Assembly (NCBI GenBank): GCA_963708075.1
Contig: OY970194.1
Location: 7,264,001-7,328,000, forward strand
From: Sedimentisphaerales bacterium
Lineage (GTDB): Bacteria > Planctomycetota > Phycisphaerae > Sedimentisphaerales > Anaerobacaceae
Direction: 5' to 3'
DNA: 64,000 nt
Position numbers and translations under genes: made by a program. How positions within the stretch are numbered: the stretch's first letter is position 1; each line of letters opens with the position of its first letter. The notes beneath the pieces were generated by a model. That model saw only the letters and a list, made by a program, of their open reading frames with translations, was not told the DNA's origin and searched no databases. Below, one piece after another: positions 1 through 8,430 of this stretch.

Positions 1-188
1 CATAGGTACCTTGTCCTATTGGCTTTTGCTTCGCCCTATATGACGGTCCGTCGCTCATTATGTTAACACCAAATGCCGCCGGAGATGAAAAAATCTTATG
101 CCGATTAACAGCCTTCTTCGCGGCACGTCTTAAGATTAGGTAGAGCAGCCAACGGGGCTGTGCAAACGGAATACCATGGTTGTGTCTT

Positions 189-1400
189 ATGAGTGCACAA
201 ACACACAGGAATCATCACCCGAAGGCATCGCCTGAGGCCCAGGACGTGGTCGCCATCGTGGATGAGCTGCTCAAGAAGGCGGTCGTCGCCGGGGCCAGCG
301 ATATCCACTTTGAGCCGACGGGGCCCGATCTGAAGGTGAAATACCGGCTGGATGGTGTGCTGAACCCGGTGGAGAGCCTGCCGGCAGCGGTGGCGGACAA
401 CATGATCGCCCGGCTGAAGGTACTAGGCGGGCTGCTTACATACCGCAATGACGTGCCGCAGGAGGGCCGGCTGGAGCTGTCCGACAACCCTTCCGATAAG
501 GTCACGGATGTCCGCCTGGCCGTCTTCCCGACCATCCACGGCCAGCGAGCCGTCGTGCGACTATTCTATAGGAACGAGGAGCTGATGTCGCTCGACCGCC
601 TTGGATTTGCTCCCCGGATGGAGTCGCTGCTCAAGGGCATCGCGGTGCAGAATCAAGGCGTCCTGCTGGTCACCGGTCCTGCCGGCAGCGGCAAGAGCAC
701 GACCCTGGCGGCCTTGCTCCGGCATATCACTGAGACCTTGCCGGGCAAGAGCGTCGTGACGCTGGAGGACCCGGTGGAAATCCGGATTGAGGGCGTGACG
801 CAGGTACCGATCACGCCACATGGGCAAATGACCTTCCCGACGGCCCTGCGCTCGCTGCTGCGCCAGGACCCGCAGGTCCTCATGATCGGCGAGATCCGCG
901 ACGCTGAGACGGCCCGAATCGCCATTGAGGCAGGACTCACGGGGCATCTGCTTATGAGCACGATGCACAGCGGCAGTCCCGCCGGCGCATTGCTGCGACT
1001 GCTGGAGATGGGTGTCGAGCCCTACCAGGTGACTTCGAGCATATCCGCGGTCGTCAGTCAAAGGCTCGTTCGAAGGCTCTGCGGGAAATGCAGGAAACAG
1101 GGCGGCAACGGCCAGTTTGAGCCGGTTGGCTGCGAGTCATGCTTTGGCACGGGCTATCACGGCCGCGTTCTCATCGCCGAAATGGTCCGCCTGGATAGCG
1201 ATCTGCGCAAGGCCATCCTCGCCAAGGCCGACCTCGATGAGTTGGAAGCCCTGCTCAGAGCCAAAGACCACACCACCATTCTCGCCGACGGCAAACGCCT
1301 GGTCGAGACGGGTGTCACCACGCATGCCGAGTTGCAGAAAGCCTGCGGAATCGCATCGGATGGCGATTTCTCAGGTCACGAACAACAGTGTGGCAACTGA
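189..1400 (+). CDS. gspE: GspE/PilB family secretion/pilus assembly ATPase (short form, no long N-terminal domain)
   Basis: ASDIHFEP, PQEGR, Walker A GPAGSGKSTT, TLEDPVE, LRQDPQVLMIGEIRD, TGHL His box, tetra-Cys motif CGKC...CESC. Confidence 0.93.
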   Translation: MSAQTHRNHHPKASPEAQDVVAIVDELLKKAVVAGASDIHFEPTGPDLKVKYRLDGVLNPVESLPAAVADNMIARLKVLGGLLTYRNDVPQEGRLELSDNPSDKVTDVRLAVFPTIHGQRAVVRLFYRNEELMSLDRLGFAPRMESLLKGIAVQNQGVLLVTGPAGSGKSTTLAALLRHITETLPGKSVVTLEDPVEIRIEGVTQVPITPHGQMTFPTALRSLLRQDPQVLMIGEIRDAETARIAIEAGLTGHLLMSTMHSGSPAGALLRLLEMGVEPYQVTSSISAVVSQRLVRRLCGKCRKQGGNGQFEPVGCESCFGTGYHGRVLIAEMVRLDSDLRKAILAKADLDELEALLRAKDHTTILADGKRLVETGVTTHAELQKACGIASDGDFSGHEQQCGN

Positions 1401-2402
1401 ATGAAGGAGTGGGAACAGATGCGGGCTGATCGGATGAATTGGGTGTTCGTGCTGGCCGTGTCGACTGTAGTCTCGGCGGCCGCTGGAGCAGGGGCACAGA
1501 CGCCGGAGGATGGCACCAAGAAGTTGACTGTGTGTCGTGTGGCACAGGTCGCGGGCGCGGCGGAGCTGCGGCTGCTGCCCAAATCGGAGGAATTGACGGA
1601 TGCTGATGCTTTTCCCCTGTATGAGAAGGCTGTCAAGTCGGTGCCGAAGGAACTGGATTGGGACAAGATCAAAGCCTGGAGGCAGATCCCTGTGAGCCAA
1701 CTTCCGAAGGAGGAGGTTCGCACGGTACTTCAGTCATTCGAGCCGATCCTGCCGTTATTGGAGCAGGCCGGCAAATGCAAGCGATGCGATTGGCCGGTCA
1801 GCTTTGAGGGCGATTCGTCCTTCAATCTCTCGGCCTGTCGCAATATGGTGTTTCTGCTCGCCCTGAAAGCTCGATCCGAGCTTGCCCGCGGCGATTGTGT
1901 ATCGTGTGTGCGGACGCTTGGGACGGGCTTGGCCCTGGCAAAGCACCTGAGTACGGCTCCGACGGTAGTACACGTGCTGGTTGGCGTGGCTATCAGCGCG
2001 GTCATCTGTGGCGAGATCGAGCAGTACGTCCAACAGCCGGGGACGCCGTCTCTGGAGGCGGCGCTTGCGGCCATTCCCAAGCCGCTGTTTGACGAGAACC
2101 ACTCGGAGCTTTACGCTACGGACCAGGCCAGCCGCAGCAGGGCGCAACTGCTGTTCATGCGCGCGAACCGGTACGTGATCGCTTTGCAGTACATCGAGGC
2201 GCTCCGTTTATCCGCCACGAAGGCTGGCAAGTGGCCACAGACGCTCGATGATCTCAAAGCCAGCCTGCCGAATGATCCTGTTTCCGGCAAGCTATTCTCC
2301 TACAAGCGAGTCTCGGACGCTCAAGCGATCCTTGAAGGACCTTTGCCGAAGGGCGGGGATGTCAAAGACACTGTCCGATACGAATTGACTATGGGCAAGT
2401 GA
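1401..2402 (+). CDS. Exported hypothetical protein with a GspG-pseudopilin-like C-terminal motif
   Basis: 333-aa ORF abutting gspE; Sec-like signal (WVFVLAVSTVVSAAAGAGA-Q); C-terminal IEALRL..GKWPQTLDDL..LPNDPVSGKLFSY. The start may be ATG 1419 (GGAG upstream). Confidence 0.75.
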   Translation: MKEWEQMRADRMNWVFVLAVSTVVSAAAGAGAQTPEDGTKKLTVCRVAQVAGAAELRLLPKSEELTDADAFPLYEKAVKSVPKELDWDKIKAWRQIPVSQLPKEEVRTVLQSFEPILPLLEQAGKCKRCDWPVSFEGDSSFNLSACRNMVFLLALKARSELARGDCVSCVRTLGTGLALAKHLSTAPTVVHVLVGVAISAVICGEIEQYVQQPGTPSLEAALAAIPKPLFDENHSELYATDQASRSRAQLLFMRANRYVIALQYIEALRLSATKAGKWPQTLDDLKASLPNDPVSGKLFSYKRVSDAQAILEGPLPKGGDVKDTVRYELTMGK

Positions 2403-2412
2403 GGAGCCAGAC

Positions 2413-3615
2413 ATGGCGATTTTCAGGTATGATGCACTGACGTCGGCGGGGCGGCTGATGAAGGGGACGATCGAAGCGGGCTCGCCGGACGAGGCCAGCG
2501 GGCAGCTTGCCGGGATGGGCCTGCTCGTCAACACGCTCGAGAAGGCCTTGCAGGACCGGCCTCGCACGGCCATCGGACGCAACGAGTTTCTCTTGTTCAA
2601 CCAGCAGTTGGCCTCGATCACGAAGGCCGGAATCCCGCTGGAACGGGGGCTCCGCGAGCTGGCGCAAGATGTCTCCTCGCCGGCAATGCGGCAGCTTGTC
2701 GAGGATATCGCCGCCGACCTGGAGGCCGGCGTGCCCTTGGAAGAAGCGTTCCAGAAAAGGGAGAGGCATTTTCCTCCGCTCTACGGGCGAATCCTCAAGG
2801 CAGGGGTCGAGACGGGCCGGCTCAGCGAAATGCTCACGAGCCTCAATCGCCACCTGGAGCTGGCCGGCCAGACCCGGCGGATCGTCTTCGAGGCCACAAG
2901 CTATCCCGCCGTGATCTTCGTCCTCGGGGCGATCATCATCACGGGCGTCTTCCGATTCGTGATTCCCCAGTTCCGCACTATCCTCGATGAGATGGTATCG
3001 GGCAAGTTGAATCCGATTACGACCATGATTTTTGGCATCGCCGACAATATCATCCCGTTCTGGATCGGCGTCGCGGTTCTTGGTGGCATCCTGGTGGCGG
3101 CTTTCGTGAGTCTCTCGTCCTCGCCCGCCGGGCGCAGGTTCAAGGAGCGATTGTTCCTCAATTTACCAGTGGTCGGCCGGCTGTATCACAACAGTATCCT
3201 GAGCCGGATGGCGGAGGCGATGGCGCTGCTGGTTGGCGCAGGTTGTGACATCCCGGAGGCGATGCGGCTCGGGGCCGTCACCTCCGGCAGCGAGGCACTC
3301 ACGCTCGAGAGCGACCTGGTGGCGCAGCAGATCGAGCGGGGGGCGAACATCCTGGAGGCGGGCCAGGCCACCCGCATGCTGCCGAGGCTGTTCCTCTACT
3401 CCGTCCAGCTCGGCGCCCAACGAAACGAGCTGCAGGACAACCTCTACAGCCTCGGCGAGATGTATGCCGACCAGGCCCGCGTGGGACAGTCGCGGCTGCA
3501 AACGTTCCTGCTGCCCATGATGATTATCACCATCGGCGGCATCATCGCCTGCGCCATCCTGGGCGTGTTCCTGCCGATGATCCAGGTAGTCTCAAGCCTG
3601 TCGTCCGCAGGCTGA
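2413..3615 (+). CDS. gspF: Type II secretion system F / PilC family inner-membrane platform protein
   Basis: MAIFRYDAL..G...GTIEA N-terminus, FNQQLASITKAGIPL, GVETGRL, YPAVI, C-terminal FLPMIQ; GAGGAG RBS. Confidence 0.92.
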   Translation: MAIFRYDALTSAGRLMKGTIEAGSPDEASGQLAGMGLLVNTLEKALQDRPRTAIGRNEFLLFNQQLASITKAGIPLERGLRELAQDVSSPAMRQLVEDIAADLEAGVPLEEAFQKRERHFPPLYGRILKAGVETGRLSEMLTSLNRHLELAGQTRRIVFEATSYPAVIFVLGAIIITGVFRFVIPQFRTILDEMVSGKLNPITTMIFGIADNIIPFWIGVAVLGGILVAAFVSLSSSPAGRRFKERLFLNLPVVGRLYHNSILSRMAEAMALLVGAGCDIPEAMRLGAVTSGSEALTLESDLVAQQIERGANILEAGQATRMLPRLFLYSVQLGAQRNELQDNLYSLGEMYADQARVGQSRLQTFLLPMMIITIGGIIACAILGVFLPMIQVVSSLSSAG

Positions 3616-3637
3616 TGCACGTAAGATGAGGTGATCG

Positions 3638-5107
3638 ATGTCCACACTGACAGTCATTGGATTTGGGCTTCTATTCGTTTACGGTATCGTTGGATACAAG
3701 AGGCCAGGCATCGCTTTTATCACGGCGCCGCTGGCTGCTGTGGCATTCGCCTATGTCGCATGGGGTTCCTATTACCAGGAAAATGTCCTCCTGGCGCCCG
3801 TGCTGTTCGTGGTGGCGATGGTCTCCGTCGTCGCCTCCACGTACACCTGCGAATTGAGGGAGTGGTACCACCGTGCGGCGTTGCTGTTGCTGATCTGGTT
3901 CTTCGTGGTGCTCGTGGTGGGAATCCTCCTGGCGGGATTCAGCGAGATCGGGGCCGGCGTGGTCCTGCCCGTGCTGTTCATCCTGGGGCTGATCGCGATT
4001 ACCCTGTCGGCCATCGGTTTCGGGCTGGCGTCCCGCCGAACTATCGCAACAAGTGTTTTTTCGACTGTCGGCGCGAGCATGAGGCAGAACCTGCCCCTGC
4101 CGATGGCTCTGGATTGCGCCGCCGTCGGACGCTACGACGCCACCTCCAGGGTCCTGCGGCGGATCAAGACGTGGATGGTGAAAGGCTACTCGCTGAGCGA
4201 GGCGGTCAGCCGGGGTTACCCGCAATGTCCCTCGCGGGCCCTGGCCCTGCTTGCAGCGGGCGAGCGAATCGGCCAGCTTCCGGCGGCTGTCCGGGCCGTG
4301 GAGGCGGACATGAAATCCCGTGTGAAGGAGCGAACGTGGCTGCGGCCGGTTCATCCGGCCTATCCCGTGGTCATGCTCATCATTCTCTTTCTGTTCACCA
4401 TGGGCCTCCTGCGGTTTGTCATACCTCAGTTCAAGGCAATACTGGAAGAGATGAACGAAGGCAAGCTGCCCGCCGCGACGCGCCTGCTCATACGCATCGT
4501 CGAGCCTGTGATGACCGGCGATGGCCTGATCCTGTTGCTCTGTCTCGTTGTCATGAGTGCTTCCGGCCTCTGGATCTACGGGGCGTGGCGCAGGCGGCGG
4601 CCGGAAAAGCCGTACCTGCTCTCGCGGCTCGGCGACTCCATCAAGTGGCATCTGCCGATCCTGCACTGGTTCGAGAGGAACCGCGCCATGGTGCAGGTGG
4701 TGGAAGTGCTACGGATGTCGCTTGACGCCGGCTGCCCGGTCAACGAGGCGATCCGGAGCACGCTGCAGTTGGACGTGAACCTCTGTTTTCGAGTGCGCCT
4801 GGCGTGCTGGCTCCGGCTTGTCGAGCGAGGCGAGGCGATCGGCGACTCCGCCCGCCGCTGCGGACTGGGCCATGCCCTGGCCTGGGCATTCGATGGGGGC
4901 GCGGAAACGGGCAACACGCCGGCGGTACTCGAGATGCTCGATGCCCATTACCGGTCCAACTACAGTTATCGCGTGAATCTCGCGAGATTCATCCTGTGGC
5001 CGCTGGGGATCATCATGCTCGGCGCCGCCGTGGGATTCGTCGTCTTTGCGGTCTTCTCGGCCCTCATGGCGACGCTGACGCAGAGCATCGCACATGTGTA
5101 TCCATAG
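3638..5107 (+). CDS. Second GspF/PilC family protein with an extra N-terminal multi-TM extension
   Basis: Two F-type repeats (GYSLSEAV..AAGERIGQL..YPVVM..FVIPQF; GAETGNTP..WPLGII) preceded by about 130 hydrophobic residues; GAGGTG RBS. Confidence 0.85.
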   Translation: MSTLTVIGFGLLFVYGIVGYKRPGIAFITAPLAAVAFAYVAWGSYYQENVLLAPVLFVVAMVSVVASTYTCELREWYHRAALLLLIWFFVVLVVGILLAGFSEIGAGVVLPVLFILGLIAITLSAIGFGLASRRTIATSVFSTVGASMRQNLPLPMALDCAAVGRYDATSRVLRRIKTWMVKGYSLSEAVSRGYPQCPSRALALLAAGERIGQLPAAVRAVEADMKSRVKERTWLRPVHPAYPVVMLIILFLFTMGLLRFVIPQFKAILEEMNEGKLPAATRLLIRIVEPVMTGDGLILLLCLVVMSASGLWIYGAWRRRRPEKPYLLSRLGDSIKWHLPILHWFERNRAMVQVVEVLRMSLDAGCPVNEAIRSTLQLDVNLCFRVRLACWLRLVERGEAIGDSARRCGLGHALAWAFDGGAETGNTPAVLEMLDAHYRSNYSYRVNLARFILWPLGIIMLGAAVGFVVFAVFSALMATLTQSIAHVYP

Positions 5108-5120
5108 TGAGGCATGGTCT

Positions 5121-5501
5121 ATGAGGAATACGCGATACAAAGGGATCTTCCTGGCAGACTTCCTGACCAGCATCGTGCTGCTGGGCCTGATCATCATGAT
5201 CCTGGCGACATCGATGAATGGCTTCTCGAAGTTTAACCAGTACCAGTGGGCTCGCCAGCGCTGCATAGCCGCCGCGACGGCGCAGATCGACAGTATCACG
5301 GCGACCGGCTCGCCCATTGAGGAACAGGAGCTGCAGCGCTTGTGGCCATATGTGACTGTCACGGTGGATCGCTCTCGCATGGACGGGCGCTGGGACGGCC
5401 TGGAGCTGGTTCAGGTCACCGCCGCCGCCAGAGAGGTGAAGGTCCACCTGGTGCGGTACATCCAGCCTCAGCCGACCGTCGCGAAAGGAGGGCAGAGCTG
5501 A
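5121..5501 (+). CDS. Minor pilin/pseudopilin-like protein
   Basis: Class III-like signal MRNTRYKG|IFLADFLTSIVLLGLII (D in place of E at +5); its stop overlaps the next ATG. Confidence 0.75.
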   Translation: MRNTRYKGIFLADFLTSIVLLGLIIMILATSMNGFSKFNQYQWARQRCIAAATAQIDSITATGSPIEEQELQRLWPYVTVTVDRSRMDGRWDGLELVQVTAAAREVKVHLVRYIQPQPTVAKGGQS

Positions 5502-6022
5502 TGCGAAAGGCATTTACCCTGATTGAGATGCTCCTCATCATCACGATTGCCCCGCTCGTGATGGTGGTGATCAGCCAAGTATTTGCGACCTTTATCCAGG
5601 ATATTCCGCGGGAGACGCGAGTCGTCCAGCAAAGCACCACGATGCTCGATATGCTGAGGCAGGTCCGGCAGGACGTGGATGAGGCAGTCGGTCTGCCGGA
5701 GCGAGTCGGCGATACTGCCGCCGATGAGCGTACGTTGCTGGTAGGTCGGCCGGATGTTGTGGTCTGTTACCGATTCGAGGACGGCCGGGCTGTGCGGACG
5801 CTGCTGAAAGGGCAGGGGGCCGCCGATCCGAATGATCAGCGCGTCTGGCGGATGCCTAATGCGGTGATCACGTGGCAGCCGTGGAAGGAGGACGGCAGAG
5901 CATACGCCGTCGAGATGCACTCGCACGTGCAGCAGCGGTTCGCCGACCTGCTTCGAAAAAGGCTCGCCAACTCGCAGGTCTTCTTTGTCAACGGGGCCGG
6001 AAAGGGGCGTGGGGTCCGATGA
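5501..6022 (+). CDS. Prepilin-type N-terminal cleavage/methylation protein (PulJ/PilW-like minor pilin)
   Basis: MRKA|FTLIEMLLII; AAAGGAGG RBS; TGATG coupling at 5499-5503. Confidence 0.85.
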   Translation: MRKAFTLIEMLLIITIAPLVMVVISQVFATFIQDIPRETRVVQQSTTMLDMLRQVRQDVDEAVGLPERVGDTAADERTLLVGRPDVVVCYRFEDGRAVRTLLKGQGAADPNDQRVWRMPNAVITWQPWKEDGRAYAVEMHSHVQQRFADLLRKRLANSQVFFVNGAGKGRGVR

Positions 6023-6402
6023 GAACGCGAAACAACAAGGGCTTCCTTCTGACATTTGTCATCGTCGCACTGGCGTTGATGGGCACGATCCTGTTCGTTC
6101 TGGGCGCGGGGTCCAATGCGATGCTCTTCCACGCCGACACGGCCTATCTGCAAGCGGTCGAGCGCAACCTGGTCTCCAGCGGCCTGGCCTGGGCGCGGGC
6201 GAGCATCGCCGCCCACGGCGCTGCCGCAGTCAGTGAGCCCGTTGAACTGAGCACCGAGGCATTCGACACCCCAAAGGCCGGCCTGAGCGTCAAGATCACG
6301 CAGGTGCAGGCCGACCGGGCTACCGTCCGCATCGCCACATCCTGCAGCAAAGGCCGCCGCACGCTCAGCACAAGCCGCGATTACACCATCGACCTGCCCT
6401 GA
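6019..6402 (+). CDS. Small GspK/PilX-like minor pilin
   Basis: MRTRNNKG|FLLTFVIVALALMG without E5, SGLAWA motif; ATGA overlap with the previous gene. Confidence 0.7.
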   Translation: MRTRNNKGFLLTFVIVALALMGTILFVLGAGSNAMLFHADTAYLQAVERNLVSSGLAWARASIAAHGAAAVSEPVELSTEAFDTPKAGLSVKITQVQADRATVRIATSCSKGRRTLSTSRDYTIDLP

Positions 6403-6522
6403 CGCGATTCGCCCCGGTGCACGAATCCGCCATCCCGCGAGGCATCATGCTTACGCCTGCGTCAAGCACGCTTGGTCCGCATAAACGCAGCACAAGAATC
6501 CCTCAGAATCCGTATAAACCTC

Positions 6523-6551
6523 TTGCAGTTCCGTCCGAAGTGTTGTACACT
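6523..6551 (+). promoter_or_regulatory. Putative sigma70 promoter of tRNA-Lys
   Basis: TTGCAG-17 nt-TACACT, 65 nt upstream of the tRNA. Confidence 0.6.
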
Positions 6552-6616
6552 TTTGGTTTAGACTTGCACGGCAGTGCCGTGCCGGTCGTGCATCCGGCGA
6601 AGCCGGGATGCTGCCT

Positions 6617-6689
6617 GGGTGATTAGCTCAATCGGTAGAGCATCGCACTCTTAATGCGGCGGTTGAAGGTTCGATTCCTTCATCACCCA
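6617..6689 (+). tRNA. tRNA-Lys (anticodon CTT), CCA not encoded
   Basis: Cloverleaf: acceptor GGGTGAT/ATCACCC, D arm GCTC/GAGC, anticodon arm TCGCA-CTCTTAA-TGCGG, T arm GAAGG-TTCGATT-CCTTC. Confidence 0.96.
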
Positions 6690-7000
6690 AGTCCCTGTCC
6701 TGTAAGGACTTGCAGTAATTCGCACTGACACGCGAATCCTCGTTTTCGGAGTCTCCATGAGAGTTCTCGTGCGATTCAGTGCTACTCATAGCGGCAGACC
6801 GCTGCGCTGGTTTTTGCGATTCATGCCTTGTCATCGAAAAGATGCCGCACATTCAGCATGATTCCAGGTTCGTCCATACCTCAACCAGGCCCATACTCTT
6901 GGACCTTCCGATGCCATTCCTGCCCAGCGAACGACAGCTCATCGCTTGCGTAGTCACAGCAGGGTGTTCATGATCTACTTGGACCGCAGGAGAAGCTTTT

Positions 7001-7915
7001 ATGCCATCCGGGTACGACATCCCGGCAGCATTCACAGGTCACCTGAGAATAGGCACCTGCTCGTGGAAGTACGATTCATGGAAGGGACTCGTCTACGAGC
7101 CGGACAAGCGATATCGGCCGGATGACTATCTGCCGGACTATGCACGGCACTTCAACACTGTGGAGATCGATCAGTGGTTTTGGAGCCTGTTCCCCGCCGG
7201 TGCAAGGCTGCCGGACCCCGACGCAGTGAAACGCTACGCCGACAGCGTGCCTGACGATTTCCGGTTCACCATCAAAGCCCCCAATGCGATTACCTTGACC
7301 CATTCCTATGCCAAGCAGCCTAAGGGCTCCGAACGACTCGCCAATGAGCCGAACCCACACTTTCTTAGCACGGATCTGTTGAACCGCTTCCTTGAAACGC
7401 TCGAATCCATGCATGGCAAACTCGGGCCGATCATGTTCCAGTTTGAGTACCTCAACAAGCAGAAGATGCCATCGATGTCAGTGTTCCTGGAGCGGCTACA
7501 TGTGTTCTTCGCGAAGGCCCCGGCTGGATTCCAATACGCCATCGAGACCAGGAACCCGAATTACCTCAGGGATGAATTCCTGGATGCTCTTCGGCAACTC
7601 CGCGTTGGGTGCGTGCTCTTGGACGGATACTACATGCCGCGGATTGCGGCAGTGGCCACCAAGCTCGATGTTCGTACGGCACCGCTGTCAGTCATCCGCC
7701 TCCACGGTCCCGGCCGGGCTGAGATCGAGGAACAGACTGGCGGCGTGTGGGACAAAATCGTCGAGCCCAAAGATGATGGGCTCAAGGCGACGGCGGATAT
7801 TGTCAGGCAGAACATGGAACATGGTGTGGACACGTATGTCAACGTGAATAACCACTACGAGGGTAGTGCGCCGCTGACCATCCAGCGATTGCTGGAAATC
7901 CTACGGCAAGGTTGA
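7001..7915 (+). CDS. DUF72 (YecE-like) domain protein, copy 1
   Basis: IGTCSWKYDSWKG, YARHFNTVEID, FRFTIKAP, LGPIMFQF, AIETRN, IRLHG, YVNVNNHYEGSAP; AGGAG RBS. Confidence 0.9.
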   Translation: MPSGYDIPAAFTGHLRIGTCSWKYDSWKGLVYEPDKRYRPDDYLPDYARHFNTVEIDQWFWSLFPAGARLPDPDAVKRYADSVPDDFRFTIKAPNAITLTHSYAKQPKGSERLANEPNPHFLSTDLLNRFLETLESMHGKLGPIMFQFEYLNKQKMPSMSVFLERLHVFFAKAPAGFQYAIETRNPNYLRDEFLDALRQLRVGCVLLDGYYMPRIAAVATKLDVRTAPLSVIRLHGPGRAEIEEQTGGVWDKIVEPKDDGLKATADIVRQNMEHGVDTYVNVNNHYEGSAPLTIQRLLEILRQG

Positions 7916-7949
7916 TCCAGATGAGCTGCCCTTCTCATAGAGGATTCCT

Positions 7950-7978
7950 TTGCAGGCCGTGACCACCACGGGTACAAT
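7950..7978 (+). promoter_or_regulatory. Putative sigma70 promoter
   Basis: TTGCAG-17 nt-TACAAT just downstream of DUF72 copy 1. Confidence 0.55.
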
Positions 7979-8430
7979 AGAGATGTCTCGCTAATACGCC
8001 GTCCAGCTACGGGCCAAATAGTCTCGCTTCCACTCCCTCCATTGGCCCGGACGGCGGGTCGGGTGCCAAGTCTCTCAATCTTCAAGGGTATTCCGCTAAA
8101 TCGCCGGTGCCCGGCGTCTGCGCCTATCCCCCTGGTGGCAGTGTCGGTGGAGGCGGGAATATTCAGGTCTTTTCGTCTATGGCTGTCTCTCGCTCAGAAA
8201 TGAGGATGCCCCCTGCAAAAATACGTAGGTCTACGGATTGCCGACAGGAGCAGGCGAGGCTATATTGTTGTCGCTTGGCGGGCGCTGTGACCGAGCGCCC
8301 AACGGAGTTGACATTCCCACGGCATCTGCCGTCAGTAACACGTATTGTGCCGGGCTTCGCGGCCGGAAAGTTCCAGACCAGCCCTATCTTTCGGAGATAG
8401 GGTGACAACTGACTTTTGGAGAGGTGCAGC

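Noticed and set aside
1..3. CAT as the start of a divergent minus-strand gene
   Set aside because: Only three bases lie in the window; it cannot be supported.
3631..4725. 364-aa alternative-frame ORF and the many similar overlapping or antisense ORFs
   Set aside because: Arg/Pro/Ala-rich shadow frames of GC-rich genes with no recognisable motifs; each overlaps a better-supported CDS.
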